From Polypterus senegalus (Eukaryota), in NCBI RefSeq assembly GCF_016835505.1, contig NC_053155.1, positions 74,596,088 to 74,660,087 of the forward strand: 64,000 nucleotides of DNA, read 5' to 3'. Below, in pieces: positions 1 through 13,588 of this stretch (position 1 is the first letter of the stretch; each line of letters begins with the position of its first letter). The notes under the pieces are model-generated. The model saw only the letters and a program-made list of their open reading frames with translations. It searched no databases and was not told the DNA's origin. A program made the translations under genes and the position numbers.

Positions 1-2296
1 ACTTTTTTTAATTTAACAAAGACAAAAAGATATGTATCAATATCTCAAAATGCGAAGCAGTAAAAATGTGAAATAAACCCATATGCTGCCCCTCAATCAA
101 CCACAAAATCCAATGCCCTATGCCATATGTCCAGGAACAAAATCAAGTGTTTGTCCAGATTAGACAATCCTTGACATTAGAACGAATTCCAGCTTCCTAT
201 GGCGTGATTTCAGGCCATCAGATTAGCCTGTTTCAGAACATCAGATTTCAATCTGCTCACATAATCTCAGATAAATTGATCCAGATTTATGTGCATTCAC
301 TACAAAATTTACAACACTTATGAGTCAAGCAATGAAAAGTCAATCAACCACAGATTACAAGTCTGAGAAACAGAGAGAATAAGTTTCAGGCGAGCAGCAC
401 AAGAGTTGTTGGTGAAGTGCAATAAGATTATCAATACATCTGACAAACGAGGAGTGACAAAGCAGCACCCAAGAAAAGTGAGATTATGTGGAGGAATATT
501 GCGGAGAGAGAGAATGCATAGAACAGTTAATGAAACCCACAAAAACTTTACTGTGGTAAATTTCTGCATTGTTCAAAATGTACCCCACCGATATTACTCT
601 ATGTAAAATGTTATATGATCTTAAGTAAACACAGTATTCCTTTTTGTAATACCACGCATAGCAAAAAGAGTCTAAGACCACAGACAGTTGTGAGCATATA
701 TAGAGTTGTTCTAATCATTATTGTGAGAGATGTCAAACATTAACCTTTCTGAACTTAACCCTTTCTGATAATTACATGCCAAAAGAAACCAAAAAGTTAA
801 TTATTGTCATGTACAAATCTACAACAGAAGACTCACATGCCCACTCTTTGAATGGTAACCTACCCTGTTCAAATGTGAAACCCGGATATTTGGCCTCAAC
901 ATTTGTCCAGAAATTATGTGCAAGACATCTCATATTATTTTAAGAATGGACAAGAGGACACACTGATATTTGATATACATACTTGCACTTCATTGCCAAA
1001 ACTGAACTGCAATCCAATGCAAAACTAAGATCATTGCCTAATTCCATTACACAACCCCAAATCAAAACCACATTAATAAGCATATTGGGTATAGGCATCC
1101 GCTGAAGAGGAGAGTCCTCAGATGTTTTTCTTTAAAAGGCGAGGGACCCCACAGAAGGGCTAATTCATTCCACCCGCCTGTCTATTATCAGTTATAATTG
1201 TTCAGAAATGCCACAGTTGTGTAAATTTGACTGCTCTACCTACGACACTATGCAATTTCTCTTTGATGGTGGTTATTTACTGTATTTTTGTCTCAGGAAG
1301 ACAGCTCTTCCTTGTCTGTGTGTGTGCAGGCACCAGTAGGCACACTGTTGTCACTGCTTCGAACTTTTATCACGTTGATTTGCTGACTAATGCTTATAGG
1401 AAGAGCTTAATTGCACACTGAAACAAACACAATGCATAGACAAAGCAATTCACTTTTCTTCCAATATATTTTCTAATACTAGACTTTTTGTGAAACCTGG
1501 AAATAGGCATGGTGCCTCATATAAACTATCAACTTTGGTCAATCACAAATATCCTTGCAAAGCATTTTTCTCTAAGTCAGACAGATTGAAAACAATTCTT
1601 TTTCTCATTCTCATTCCATGTGTAACAAAAGCAGTTATCTTTCTGGCTGCATACTGTAGCTGAAATACTCCAGTTTGTTAAAAATAATTTTGCTACTGAT
1701 TTGTAATTTTTTTTTTTGTGTACTCCATTAAATGATTTCATTTTTTAAAATCTCACCAGTTTGCTCCTGATGGCACACTTTTAAAATACAATAATTGAAC
1801 TTTAATAAAAGTTACACTGAAATATAGGTTAACTAATTAATTTAAATGTTTAGGGCTTATTGTGGTCAACATTCTTTGATATATATTAATGCAAATGTAG
1901 TCCTGATTTATACTTAATACAATCAGCAGGGTCTCCTTCAATAAAACGCTTGGGCCCAAATATGACAATGCAGTGGTGACATCTGAGTGTCTATATACCT
2001 AGACAACTGAAGTAGCACAGTCGGCATATACAGTAGACTTTGTTCATCAAAATAGTAGTGTAGTAGTACTATCACGTGTGTTTTTAAAAAAAAAAAAAAA
2101 AGTTGATACATCAATCCTTGACTAACACGTCATTTTTGAATTCCATGTTTCAGTGCCAAATAGATTTTAAAAAGTCTAGCTTTTATCATTGTGCTGTACA
2201 AAACTAATTAAGAGAAGGGTGGATGGAGGGATTTCAACTGGCAAAAAAGACCAACCAACATTAAAAAAAAAAAAAAGGAGCAAGGATTTAACATAC

Positions 2297-2465
2297 CTGT
2301 CTTGTGACTTAAGCAAATCCTCATTACAAACAACATCTTTTTCTTGCTGGCATATCTGGGAACCTCCATCTAAGAAATCTGGGCCAGCTTGAGATTTGCC
2401 ATAACCATGACAATTATTCAGTTGTTCCTTAGTATGCTCAGAATTCAAACTCCCATTACTTGAGT
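2297..2465 (-). CDS. CENPJ: CENPJ/CPAP internal coding exon (DSSNGSLNSEHTKEQLNNCHGYGKSQAGPDFLDGGSQICQQEKDVVCNEDLLKSQD)
   Basis: The minus-strand ORF is bounded by an acceptor ...ttaaacag| (rc at 2466-2467) and a donor |gtatgt (rc at 2291-2296). The reading phase continues exactly from the exon at 2933-3205, where 1 nt plus 2 nt complete a codon. Confidence 0.5.
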
Positions 2466-2932
2466 CTGTTTAATATAAGATATAAACAGTTACAATTATT
2501 TTTAAAATAAGAAAAGTTACTTGATATTAGTAAAATTGTAACAAGTAAAAACAAATTGATTTTAATAGTACAAAAAAACTAACAATATACATATAATTTA
2601 AAATTTAAGCAGTTAAAATACTCAGTCATTTAATTTCATTTCATGATTATGTTACAATATATTGTTTGTGTTAGAGCAACAAAATTAATATTTATTCTCC
2701 TTAATACTTTTTGGTTTTTCTCATCTTTTCTTCATATTGTTACATAAATATTTTAAGTCCGAGGATACTGTGGCCTTAACATTTTTTAATGAAATGTTTA
2801 CTTTTAATGGTTTAAATTATATCTGAATTGAAATACTTGATACATCAACCATTTAGTGAACTTGGTAGTCTTCTTTAAGACTCAAAACCAAACATAATTA
2901 TCACATTTAAATATCCTGCCTTGGTAATTCAC

Positions 2933-3205
2933 CTAATGTTCTCTGAAGATATTTTTCTTCAACTTCTGGACATGGTGCTACTTTTTCATCAGGAAAACAC
3001 ATCTTGTCTACATACATCATATCACTTCTTGTAAGATAATGAAAATTTTCTGAAACATAAACATTTTTCTGTATGGGACGATGTATTTCAGCAACTTGTT
3101 CATAAATGCCAATTTTGGCAATACTCAGTTTGCCAGAAATTTCTTGATAAGACAGATTTCCAGATCCTCCATTGAGATGCCACACTTCTGAATTGTTCCT
3201 AAAAT
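2933..3205 (-). CDS. CENPJ: CENPJ/CPAP internal coding exon (FRNNSEVWHLNGGSGNLSYQEISGKLSIAKIGIYEQVAEIHRPIQKNVYVSENFHYLTRSDMMYVDKMCFPDEKVAPCPEVEEKYLQRTL)
   Basis: This is a 273-nt open frame on the minus strand. It is flanked by a pyrimidine-rich acceptor (cccaacttttaaag|) and a donor (|gtgaat), and it joins the downstream exon in phase. It corresponds to a divergent middle region of CENPJ. Confidence 0.45.
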
Positions 3206-3939
3206 CTTTAAAAGTTGGGAAAAAGAAATTGTAAAAATGCTTATTGATTTATGACTGAAAGGAATCCTAATGAGTTGTTTTACAACCCCTGCAATACCAC
3301 CATAGTAACTGATCATAAAGGTTGATAAATAAAAAAAATGTTTTTACTATTATACAGATTTATCCAGAAAACATTAGCGTATGTAGATTTCCTTATAATT
3401 CCACAATGTCAGATAAATCAACAGTGAACTAGAGTTGATATTCAAACTAGAGAAAGGAAAAAAGGCAAAGACAGTTAATAAAAAATGTAACCTTGACAAT
3501 AATACTATTTATGCAAAAAATTGCATTTTTTTAATTTGCACTTTTAATAAACACTCATTATTTTATTTGGTAATTAAGCTTAATTCCAGAAATGTATAAC
3601 AATTAGAAACACTTATGGCAATGTAGATCCATGTGTTTCTATGGAAACAATTTAGCATTTTTCTAGTGCAAAGTAAACCGTTGTTCAATAAGTATAAACT
3701 ATAGTGATTACACACACATTCAAAATAAGCACTTAGTATACAAGCAACTGTCTAAGGGTGTAGTGTTCTGCTTTGTTTAGACCAGATAAACTACTTTTCC
3801 ACATGTCTGTGATGCTCAAATTCCCAACACTTTAATTCAGCAAAGAAGCACACTATGTCAATTTTTAAAAATACTTTACAGCCAAATTACTGTGAGATTT
3901 CACAGTACATTACATTGGAATTATCATTAGCAGACATGG

Positions 3940-4870
3940 TTTATCTTTCCATTGCTATGCCGGTGACACTAAGCTTTATCTGAGGACTACTCCAACCTCC
4001 TCTATTGCTCCTCCGCTAATATCTACACTGACTACCTGTCTGGAGGAGATAAAGGCTTGGATGAGGCTCAACTTCCTTCAGCTGAGCAGTTCAAAAACAG
4101 AAGCCATCTTAGTTGGTACACTGCACCATCTCCGTTCTTTTACTATCACCAGTATCACTTTCTCTGGTCAAAATATCCTTCTTTCCACATCTGTTCCAAT
4201 TTGGGTGTTAAAATGGACTCACAACTCACCTTTGACACCCACATCAAACACCTCTGTAAGTCATCTTTTTACCACCTTAAGAACATCGCCAAAGTACGCC
4301 CAACTCTCACCCTGGTAGATTCAGAGAAGCTCGTCCATGCCTTTGTCTCTTCCAGGCTGGATTACTGTAATGCGCTCCTCATCTGGATTCCCGGTAAGAG
4401 TATCCAGAGACTTCAGTATATTCAAAACAGCACTGCCAGGATCCTGATGAGGGTGCGAAAGCACGATCCTGAAAACTCTTCATTGGCTCCCTGTCCAGCT
4501 CAGAATAGAGTACAAGGTCTCCCTTCAGTGCATTTATGGACATGCCCCTCTTTACCTACAGGAACTTCTCACTCCTTATACTTCCTCACGTACCCTCCAC
4601 TCTGTACACATAAACACCCTCCAAGTCCCCAGAACTAAGCTCAGCAGCATGGGTGATAGGGCTTTTTCATCTGTGGTGCCGAAGCTTTGGAATGCCCTCC
4701 CTGATTACCTGAGAGCCCCACAGTCGACAGATGTTTTTAAACGAAACCTAAAAACTCATCTCTTTAGAAAGACTTTTTGTTAAAGTATTTTTATAGACTC
4801 TTATTTTTGACTCTTTAGCACTTTCAGATTGCTAAAATATAAAGTGCAATACAAATAAAATGTATTAATA
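3940..4870 (+). mobile_element. L2-type LINE, 5'-truncated 3' portion (ORF2 C-terminus plus 3'UTR), frameshifted
   Basis: Translations give ...YAGDTKLYL..., HLRNIAKVRPTL..AEKLVHAFVSSRLDYCNALL...LQYIQNSTARILMRVRKHD...LHWLPV, and SSMGDRAFSSVVPKLWNALPDYLRAPQSTDVFKRNLKTHLF across three frames. This is the typical fish L2 ORF2 tail. Confidence 0.75.
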
Positions 4871-6479
4871 TTACTACAGTACTTTTCATGCAACACCGGA
4901 GTAACTGCCAATATTAAAATACCTCAAAGATCTAAAAGATAATATCAGTGTTTAAACTTAAATATATAAAGCTTAAATTGTCCATACAGTAAAGGAGCAT
5001 GATTGTCTAATGGACCTTATGCCTAGATGTAAAACAGGTTTAGTATGGCAAGACAGAAACATAAATCTAGCAGTTTACATACTTGCAGTAATTCAGTGTT
5101 TTGTAGGCACTGTATCAATGCATTGAAATAAAAAAATATTTTTAAAACATTTCAGTGTTAACTGGAAAGGTAATTTGTATTAATGAAACCTATGTCCCAA
5201 ATGTCCAGAGAAATGGAGTGCTGTGCAGGAAATCTTCACTTAGCAACCAGCTTGGCCTTCATGATTTACTACCTCTCTTAAGACTAGCTAGGAATGTAAA
5301 ATGTCACAAAGTAAAGAAGTAGCACATAAAAAAGTTAATTCTACAATGTTTTGCCCATACTACCTCTTAATGCACTTTAGCTTGCAGTTGAGCAATCATA
5401 CTTGGCTAAATTATTTCTGATAAGCAGGAAACATAGAAATAACACCAAGCAAAAATTCACATTAATTAAAACTTGACAGGTTTGGGTTAAATTGTTTGCT
5501 GTTACTATTAATTAGCACAAATTAAAAAGTGGTGAAAACACCCTTACGTATTTAATAGCTGAAAAGCTCTCAACTAGAGACATTCTTTAGTTCTAGAAAA
5601 ACTGAACCCTTCATGCAGACCCTGACTGAATATTTTTATCAAGGGGCACTACAGAAAAATTGGACTAATAGTGCATCTCCAAAACACTCTGCATGTTGTA
5701 CATGATTGCAGAGATTTGCTTAGCACTTCAAAACATTAACAAATGTCTCACCAGTGTTGAAGGTTTTGAAACACTAACTATACAGATTTTATTTTGGAGT
5801 GATGTGTAGCTGGAAATGTGTAAGGTTGTTGCCCTATCCAAGGTTAGATTCAGTGTTATGCCCAGGGCGGCCCATATAGGCATGGGCTAACTGTCACCTT
5901 GAACTTGATATACCAGTTATAAAATGGATGGTTGGACAGACAACTGTAGCCAAGAATAGAACAATCAGAGGATAATGGGAAGCCTCTGTTCCTTTCTCAT
6001 TGCTGTTTGGCACTGTATTAAAAACCAAATATTCTCACTGCTCACTCAACTGACAGTTGACTGTTTATATCATCGTGCTCTCACAGCAAACAGAAATCAT
6101 GAATTGCTATTTCTTAGTTAATTCTATAATGACATAAAAGTAGCAATAATGAAAACATTTCCTTTTTTATCTTGAAAGATTTTCCTGCTTTATTAAATTA
6201 AAATAAGTAGGTGAGATACCTGCAATCCCATACCCCAGATTCTTGCCCTGAAAGGTCTGGTGTAAAGGTTGTCTCCAGAGTGACTCCACGGTTTAAGTTT
6301 AAAGTGACAATAGGTAACTAGTGCTATGCAAGCGTTTTCCAAGTCAGTTCTCCAGGAGTGGAACTGTTGATATAGAAGGTTGTCATGTAATTTTAGATTC
6401 TGAAAACGGAGATTTTTAATTTACCTGGTACTTTTTGCCTAGGCTGTAGAATTTAAGCTAGCGATCTGGTAATTGTAAG

Positions 6480-7210
6480 ACTCTTGGTGATAATATGGAA
6501 AGGCATGTCTCAATCAGCCTGCTGGCTGACAAAGTTTGTTTTTCATTCACCTACTAAATTGCCAGTGATCTTGAAGCTGCAGATGAACTGGTTGAAGTTC
6601 TTAGAGTGCTTCAAAGATTTGCTAGTGTTTCCCTCCATTCTGCAAAAGTTTGTTTTACCATCTTCCTTTGCTTAGCTACTTCTGAGTCTCTCTCTACCCA
6701 TATTCTTCTTGGTACTCAAATGTGGCACTTGAAAGAAGGGTCCTTTCATCAGATTGGCCGGCCCAGCACTGTTTTTAGCCGTGGAATGGCCAAATGGGGG
6801 GAGCAGCTTGATGGATGAGGTCTCCAGGACACTAAAAATATCCAAATCTTATTATATATCATCTACTGTTAAATTCTGCTCCGTACTTCTAAAATTTTTA
6901 TTTTTATGCTGTTTTGAGAATTTGCTCTGTTCTGTGTATTGTATTGACCCCCTTCTTTTGACACCCACTGCACGACCAACCTACCTGGAAAGGGGTCTCT
7001 CTTTGAACTGCCTTTCCCAAGGTTTCTTCCATTTTCCCTACAAGTTTTTTTTTGGAGTTTTTCCCTACAAGTTTTTTTTGGGAGTTTTTCCTTGTCTTCT
7101 TATAGAGTCAAGGCTGGGGGCTGTCAAGAGGCAGGGCCTGTTAAAGCCCATTGCAGCACTTCCTGTGTGATTTTGGGCTATACAAAAATAAACTGTACTG
7201 TATTGTATAT
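6480..7210. repeat. Unclassified interspersed repeat with an internal 30-bp tandem duplication
   Basis: The tail ...gggctatacaaaaataaactgtactgtattgta... and the tandem unit ttccctacaagtttttttttggagttttt (x2) resemble common teleost repeat ends. There is no coding signal. The classification is a guess. Confidence 0.3.
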
Positions 7211-7637
7211 TTATACGTTACTGCCCTCAGTTGGAAATGAGCATACTGCATAGGGCCTGGAGAGTCCATCCTTCTTCAACAACTAAAACCAAAGGGGGTC
7301 CAAGGCTGTTTTTTTTTCATAACTACGTATATCTATCAGCTCATCTTTTGAAATCATCCTTTGAAGTAAGCGTGTATATTTAATTTGACAATTATTTGTG
7401 ATTTACTTTATGATTATGTATATTGTAGGTATTATACATTCATTTGATTCCTAACACTGGAAAAATTTGATAGGCTTTTATTACATTTTTTATCACTTTT
7501 GTAATTCTATACTGGCACAGTTGACAGGCTCCTCCTATAACCTGTCACAATTTCAAATATCTAAGCTTCTTAGATCTTCCCACTTTATTCATCCATTCAA
7601 AAGCACTCTTAAGAATAATCTGTTTAAAAGGGCATTT

Positions 7638-7985
7638 AAATTACACTACAACATTTATTTATATAGCACATTTTCATACAAATAATGCAGCTCAAAGTGA
7701 TTTACATGATGAAGAAAGAGAAAAAAGACAAACTAAATAAGAATTAAAATAAGAGCACACTAATTAACATAGAATAAAAGTAAGGTCCGATAGCCAGGGA
7801 GGACAGAAAAAACAAAAAAAAAACTCCAGACAGCTGGGAAAAAAAAAAAAAATCTGCAGGGGTTCCTGGCCACGAGACCGCCCAGCCCCCTCTAGGCATT
7901 CTACCCAACATAAATGATCAGTCCTTATTGTATTCAGGGTTCTCATGGAAGAACTTGATGATGACAGTCATGTGGACTTCTGGCC
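7638..7985 (-). mobile_element. L2 3'UTR-only copy (extremely 5'-truncated LINE), about 340 bp, ending in (TTG)n
   Basis: It is a near-identical copy of 19903-20222, the 3'UTR of the L2 at 17990-20222, and of 18771-19022. The sense orientation is inferred from the (TTG)n tail found at 20215-20222. Confidence 0.6.
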
Positions 7986-8999
7986 TTTAATCCATCAATG
8001 TAGGACAACCATACACTTTCTCAGCATTCACTCTCTATGACCAGCCCCTAATAATATTATTATTAATTTAGCAGAGACTTTAATCAAAGGTGACTTACAA
8101 AGCAAGTGATAATACATAGAAGAATGAAGGGGCAGGCATCAAAGAACAAGACAAATAAAGCAAACCCAAGGGAGAACAATTACTACTTGATTATAAATAC
8201 AACTAGAGAGAGAGGTTAGGAGCACACACTGATACAGTAAATTGCCACACCCACCACATGACAAACCAACTCAGGATCCTAGATTAGGACCCGAGTGCAG
8301 CCATGCAATGGGTGACCCCTCAGCACCACACTAGTTCAGATGGAATAGAACAGTGTGAGGTCTTTTATGGTGGCTCTAATGCCAATTCTACCACCAACCC
8401 CAAGGTTTTCCTAGCAGGTTGGAGAGCCTACATGCAAGGCTGGATGCAGTTTAATGTCACGGAAATACAACTAGACTAAGACAAAAGCACAAAAAGCAGT
8501 ATCCTAATATCCTCATCAGTAAAGCTACAGCTACCTTGTAGCTAAAAAGATCCAAAATATTTAATGAAAAGGTGTATTTTCAAAAAAGCCTAAATGGAAG
8601 TAAAATGGGTGCAGTTTGAACAAATAAAAGGAGATATACAGTAATTATGTATCTAGGGCTAGGTTTCTTTGATCATCATCTTCTAGAATTATGCATTTTA
8701 ATTCTTTTTTTATTTTTTTTTTGTGTGTTGGCCCAGGTGTTTGCTTTATTTATTTCTCTTTTATTTAGAGTTTCACACTTCAATCATTAGCTTTCTTCCA
8801 GTCTCTTTTTCTGTGCTTTTACTCCAATGGTGTCCATTTTAATATGTGGAAGTGCACAGAGCATGGGAAAGTCACTTTACATTAATACTTTATACAGCAA
8901 TTTATAGCAAATCGAATATTCTTTTTATTTTAAATAAAGGAAAGACTACAAAAACAAATAGTATATTACGTGGCATGATTATCACATCATAAATCTTCT

Positions 9000-9560
9000 T
9001 ATATAATACGCTACCATGGATGTTCATTTGTCTGTCCAGGATTTTAAATCACCTGTAGCTCGCAAACTGTTTCACCTATTGACTTGAAATTTGGTACACA
9101 TATACTATGTGATGTCTACTATCCGCTTGCAGGGTGATGATTTTTATTACTCTTTTTATTTTTATTTTATTTTATTGTAGAATCAACGGTCAGCAGCGCA
9201 GCCGTGTGGCGCATGCATATGGGCGCCATTCTCATTCCCTACCATCTTCGCTAATCGTTCTTGAGGCAGATTGAAGACTTAAGTGCCAGCTTAAGTGAAA
9301 AATTAAAGAAAGCGTACTAAGTAATTGCAACACAAAAACTAACTTAATCAGTTTTAACACGAAAAGATGCCGGCAAAAAAAGAGAAGCAGAGGACCGCTA
9401 CGGTGGAGAAAAGAAGAGCAGCTCAGGAAGCAGCAAGGTGCATCAACCTCTGAGCAAACAAATGCTAAACAGAGACAGAGAAAGAAGATGAAAACTATAA
9501 ATCAAGTGTATTCACTGCACGTTAGCATGCAGTACGCCGTTACTGGTTTAAAATAATTAC
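9000..9560 (+). repeat. Unclassified interspersed repeat, copy 1 of 2
   Basis: About 570 bp align with about 80% identity to 12240-12830. Shared blocks include ctaccatggatgttcatttgtctgtccaggattttaaatcacct and ...ttgaggcagattgaagacttaagtgccagcttaagtgaaaaattaa... Both copies are in the same orientation inside CENPJ introns. Confidence 0.6.
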
Positions 9561-9992
9561 TGTCAAAGCCTTAAAACACAGAGACACTATAAATAAGCAA
9601 TATTTTCATTAATTACCAAAATAACTTGTACATTTTATAAAATTAACTCACCTAAAAAGAGATACAAGGCTTTTACAGTGTTACAGGATATCTTTGCAGT
9701 TATATGGCAGCTGACCCTTGATGTATTGAATCTTTATGGTTTCCACGTGTTCTTTAAACTTTCTACTGCATTGCTATACATTTGGTGCAATAAACATCCA
9801 TAACTATCCTTGCCAACTTTCAATTAGAACTCAAACATCTTAGGTGTCTGCAGAATTTGTATTTGCACTCAAACCAAGCTGCTCACACAAATGTGCCTAC
9901 TGTATGGTTATAGTCTGCACTCATAAAATCCCAAATCTAATAAAATAGTTATTGTAAACTTCAAGAAATGTTCTTTATTCAATGCCTCCCTG

Positions 9993-10320
9993 CTGACTAC
10001 AGGATCACGGGGGTCTGCTGGAGCCAATCCCAGCCAACACAGGGCGCAAGGCAGGAAACAAACCTTGGGCTGGGCGCCAACCCACCACAGGGCGCGCACA
10101 CACACACTAATTACACAGACACCAAGCACACACTAACAACAATTTAGAGTCACCAATGCACCTAACCTGCACGTCTTTGGACTGTGGGAGGAATCCAGAG
10201 TACCCTGAGGAAACCCACGCAGACACAGAGAGAACATGCAAACTTCAAGCAGGTAGCACCCAGGAAGCGAACCCGGATCTCCCAACTGCGAGGCAGCAGC
10301 ACTACCCACTGTGCCACCAT
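9993..10320 (-). mobile_element. DANA-like tRNA-derived SINE (copy 1)
   Basis: This is the reverse complement of ggcacagtgggtagtgctgctgcctcgcagttgggagatccgggttcgcttcc...tccaaagacgtgcaggttaggtgcattggtgactctaaattg...ggctgggattggctccagcag... A-box and B-box-like head motifs are present. Confidence 0.8.
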
Positions 10321-10553
10321 CAAGTGAATTATCAGTTATACTTTAAACACTTAAAAAAAGATGTGTACAAATGGGGGAAATCAAAAGAAAGATCCCTTCA
10401 TACTTCCTACAATTTCAAAGTTATTATCTATAAATGTACTTACTAGTCTCTAACATACTCATTTTTATGTGTGTTTTTAACATATATAAAATGTAAGAGT
10501 TAGCAACTGTTTATGTGCTTTCTTTTTGTCTAACATCTCTTACCTAAAGGTAC

Positions 10554-10667
10554 CTCTTGAGCAGAAACACTTTCTATAAGTTTCTTCTGGTCTTCAGTAA
10601 CTTTCAGGAGCTGGTATGTCTGCTGCATTTTTAATTGCCCCTGCTTCTGCAGTTGCCATTCTTTCAA
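10554..10667 (-). CDS. CENPJ: CENPJ/CPAP coding exon (LKEWQLQKQGQLKMQQTYQLLKVTEDQKKLIESVSAQE)
   Basis: This is a 114-nt phase-0 exon between an acceptor ttacag| and a donor |gtacct. It continues the exon ending ...FIQELEK. It aligns to human CENPJ ...[37 protein letters not shown] (sequence recalled from memory). Confidence 0.6.
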
Positions 10668-12239
10668 CTGTAAACATACAAAAGTTAACAAATTTTAAAA
10701 GAAAAACATTTTAACCTTCAAGACAGGCATATATTTGGCAAATACTATAGATAGAGAGATACTATGATAAAATATGATGCTAAAAGAGAAACAAAAATGC
10801 AAACAAACATGTGAAAACACAAAAACTGAATGTGCAACCAAAAAGGATGATAATCACAGCAAAAAAATTCAAAACAGAAATGATGCACTGCAAAAAGTGG
10901 AAATAGATGTACAAGTAAGGAGAAACAGGACAATTCCAAGAAGGCATTTAACAGAACTTGAAAGTCCCCTAAAAATACACTTCTACCTATTTTTAAACTT
11001 GAATCCTGAACCTTAAGCAACAGTGCTGATTGTTGAGAAGCAAATGTATAGGATGCAGCAGCTGCACCACAAATTCCATGTCGGCTGAGGCGTTGATCTG
11101 CTGGACCAAGGCATACAAGCATCACTACCTGTGAAAAGGTAATACTGCCATTTTAAAAGGTTCAAGCTAGTATCACAATTTGTGTCCTTTGTATAACAGT
11201 TAAGAAAATTATAAAAAAAAAAAAAAAAAGTTGTTGATCAGGGATTTCTCATGTAGTGCCTAAAAAAACAAACAGATGTTCCTTTGCAGGGGACACTCAT
11301 ACACACACCTACCACCTGCTCATATATCACCAATTTACTGCTGATAATTTAACCAACACATTTTTGGGAATTGGAAATAAAACTTTAATATTGTCAGTAC
11401 TTGAATATTTTGCTAAGTAAATAATTCACACAAAACATGATATTATAATTGTGATAGTATAAAAATGCAGTTTGATTAAGTAAATAAATAGCAGGAAAAA
11501 AATCTTTCTTTGAATTTCTGTGGAGCCCACAGCTAACCTAGGGTGGCACTAGGCACATTCACTCATTCTGGGTAAGTTTTTGGATGACAACACACACCAC
11601 AGTGTACCCAGAGAAAACTCCCATACACATGGGAAGAATGTGCAAACTGTACACAGGAAGAGAAAAAATCATGACTTTGCATAAACAATTGTGGAGTGGG
11701 AAAGCACCAGCAGCATTTAACATCATATTTCCCTATTTTAATTTGTATTACTGTAATTACAGGATTGTGATTACTTAAATTTAACTTTGAAGATTAAAGC
11801 ATCATCTCATTAATCATAGGTGAAAAATCAAATGGGTAATTAAATTCAAACAACATGAGAAGTTCTGTGTAAGGTGAACACAGTCCCATCCCCAACCTGT
11901 ACATTTAGGAGTGATCAGCTACCTTAAATAGCTTTGAGGCACTGCACAAAAAATTCCTGAACATTTAAACTTTTATTTGAGTTACTATTACAAAAAGGAC
12001 ACATACAGATTACAAAAGCAGCTTATAGGACATTGAACCTTTCGTAGTGGGACTGTTCTTTTTTCAAATACAGAGTTTCTTGTTCACCTTGGTGAAACAG
12101 ATCATCACATCTGGTGATGGAGAGTCTTCTTCCACACCTCAACAGGTGCAGATTCACAAGAATGTGTGCCTTGGGACAAACAGACCTACTCTTTAAAGTT
12201 CAAGCTGCAAGTTTATAAATAAAAAAAAAAAAAGGAAGA

Positions 12240-12830
12240 ATCTTTATATATAATACACTACCGTGGCTGTTCGTTTGTCTGTCCAGGATTTTAAATCACC
12301 TATAGTTCGCAAACCATTTGAATTATTGACCTGAAATTTGGTACACATATATTACATGACGTCTACTATCTGCTTTCGGGGTGATATTGACCTCCAAGGT
12401 TATTCCTCTTTTTAATTTTTTATCTTATTTTATTGTAGGAACAACTCTCGGCAGCGGCCAGCAGGGCGGCCGTTCAGCGCATTCATACAGGTGCCGTTCT
12501 CATCCTTACCACCTTCGCCATCACTTCCCCTACCTCTTCATATTGTGAATCATTCTTGAGGCACATTGAAGACTTGAGTGCCAACTTAAGTGAAAAATTA
12601 AGGAAAACGTACTAAGTAATTCCAACGCAAACACTGACCGAATCAGTTATAACATGAAAAGATGGCAACGAAAGAAGAGAAGAAGCGGGCCGTTAGGGTG
12701 AAGAAAGGGACAGCTGCTCAGAAGCAGCAAGTGCGTCAACCTCTGAGCAAACAAATGCTAAATGTACAGAGAAAGAGGATGAAAACTGTAAGTCAAGTGT
12801 ATTCACTGCACGTTATCGTGCCGTTACTGG
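12240..12830 (+). repeat. Unclassified interspersed repeat, copy 2 of 2
   Basis: This is the second copy of the 570-bp repeat seen at 9000-9560. Confidence 0.6.
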
Positions 12831-13588
12831 TGTTCGCATATTCATTTTTGTTTCTAATATCACTTTTTCTTTGCCTTTTCATCTTTTTTGTTCAAGCTTC
12901 GTTTTCTGTTGTGGTTTTAATTTTATGTCAGCACTTTTGTTTTTTTTTTTTTCATTTTACTACACACCTCTGCATACAAAAAAAATAAAGACTTACAGTC
13001 AATAATAGAAAAATAATAAAGCTTCTGTTTAGAGTAAAGCACTAGCTAAAGTGAAATCCTCAACTACCATGTCTCCTACATGCCTGTAAACAAATTCCCA
13101 AGTATTCACATTTAAAGTTCATATGGTTGCCCTTATTATAAATTTTGAAGTCAAATGGTGAATATTAACTACAGACTTGGCAAAGAAAACTATCAACATG
13201 TGCTCACAAGGTGAATAATTGTATAATAACATAATATGAATTACTACTTGATGTAATACAGTGATTATTCTCTTCATGAGGTGGATTATTAATAGATACT
13301 GCAATGTATTCACTTAATGAAAATAAGAGAGCAGCAATTAATCAAATCTTGCTATTTAAAAGTAAGTTCACATTGGTAGGCATTTTAGAATATGGTTTCA
13401 AAAATTGTATAAGGTCCATACCAACGTATTACCACAACTGGAAAAATATTTACTAGTAAAAAAATTAATTATTAAATGAAAAAGTTAGCAAGCATCACAT
13501 TTTTACAGTTAACTTTTTTTTTTTTACACTATAGAAAACACAGTATTAATAAAATAAAAAAAAAATCACTAAACACAAGTGTTGTTAC

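Noticed and set aside
9993-10320. tRNA-like A-box and B-box sequences, also at 39681 and 58667, could be read as tRNA genes.
   Set aside because: They are SINE heads joined to a conserved 250-bp non-tRNA body and a (GGAT)n tail. No cloverleaf-compatible 72-76-nt unit is present.
10745-11125. This is a 126-aa minus-strand ORF between CENPJ exons.
   Set aside because: The CENPJ exons at 13589-14039 and 10554-10667 join in phase and match the human protein contiguously (..FIQELEK|LKEWQ..). No exon is expected here, and the peptide is low-complexity and hydrophobic.
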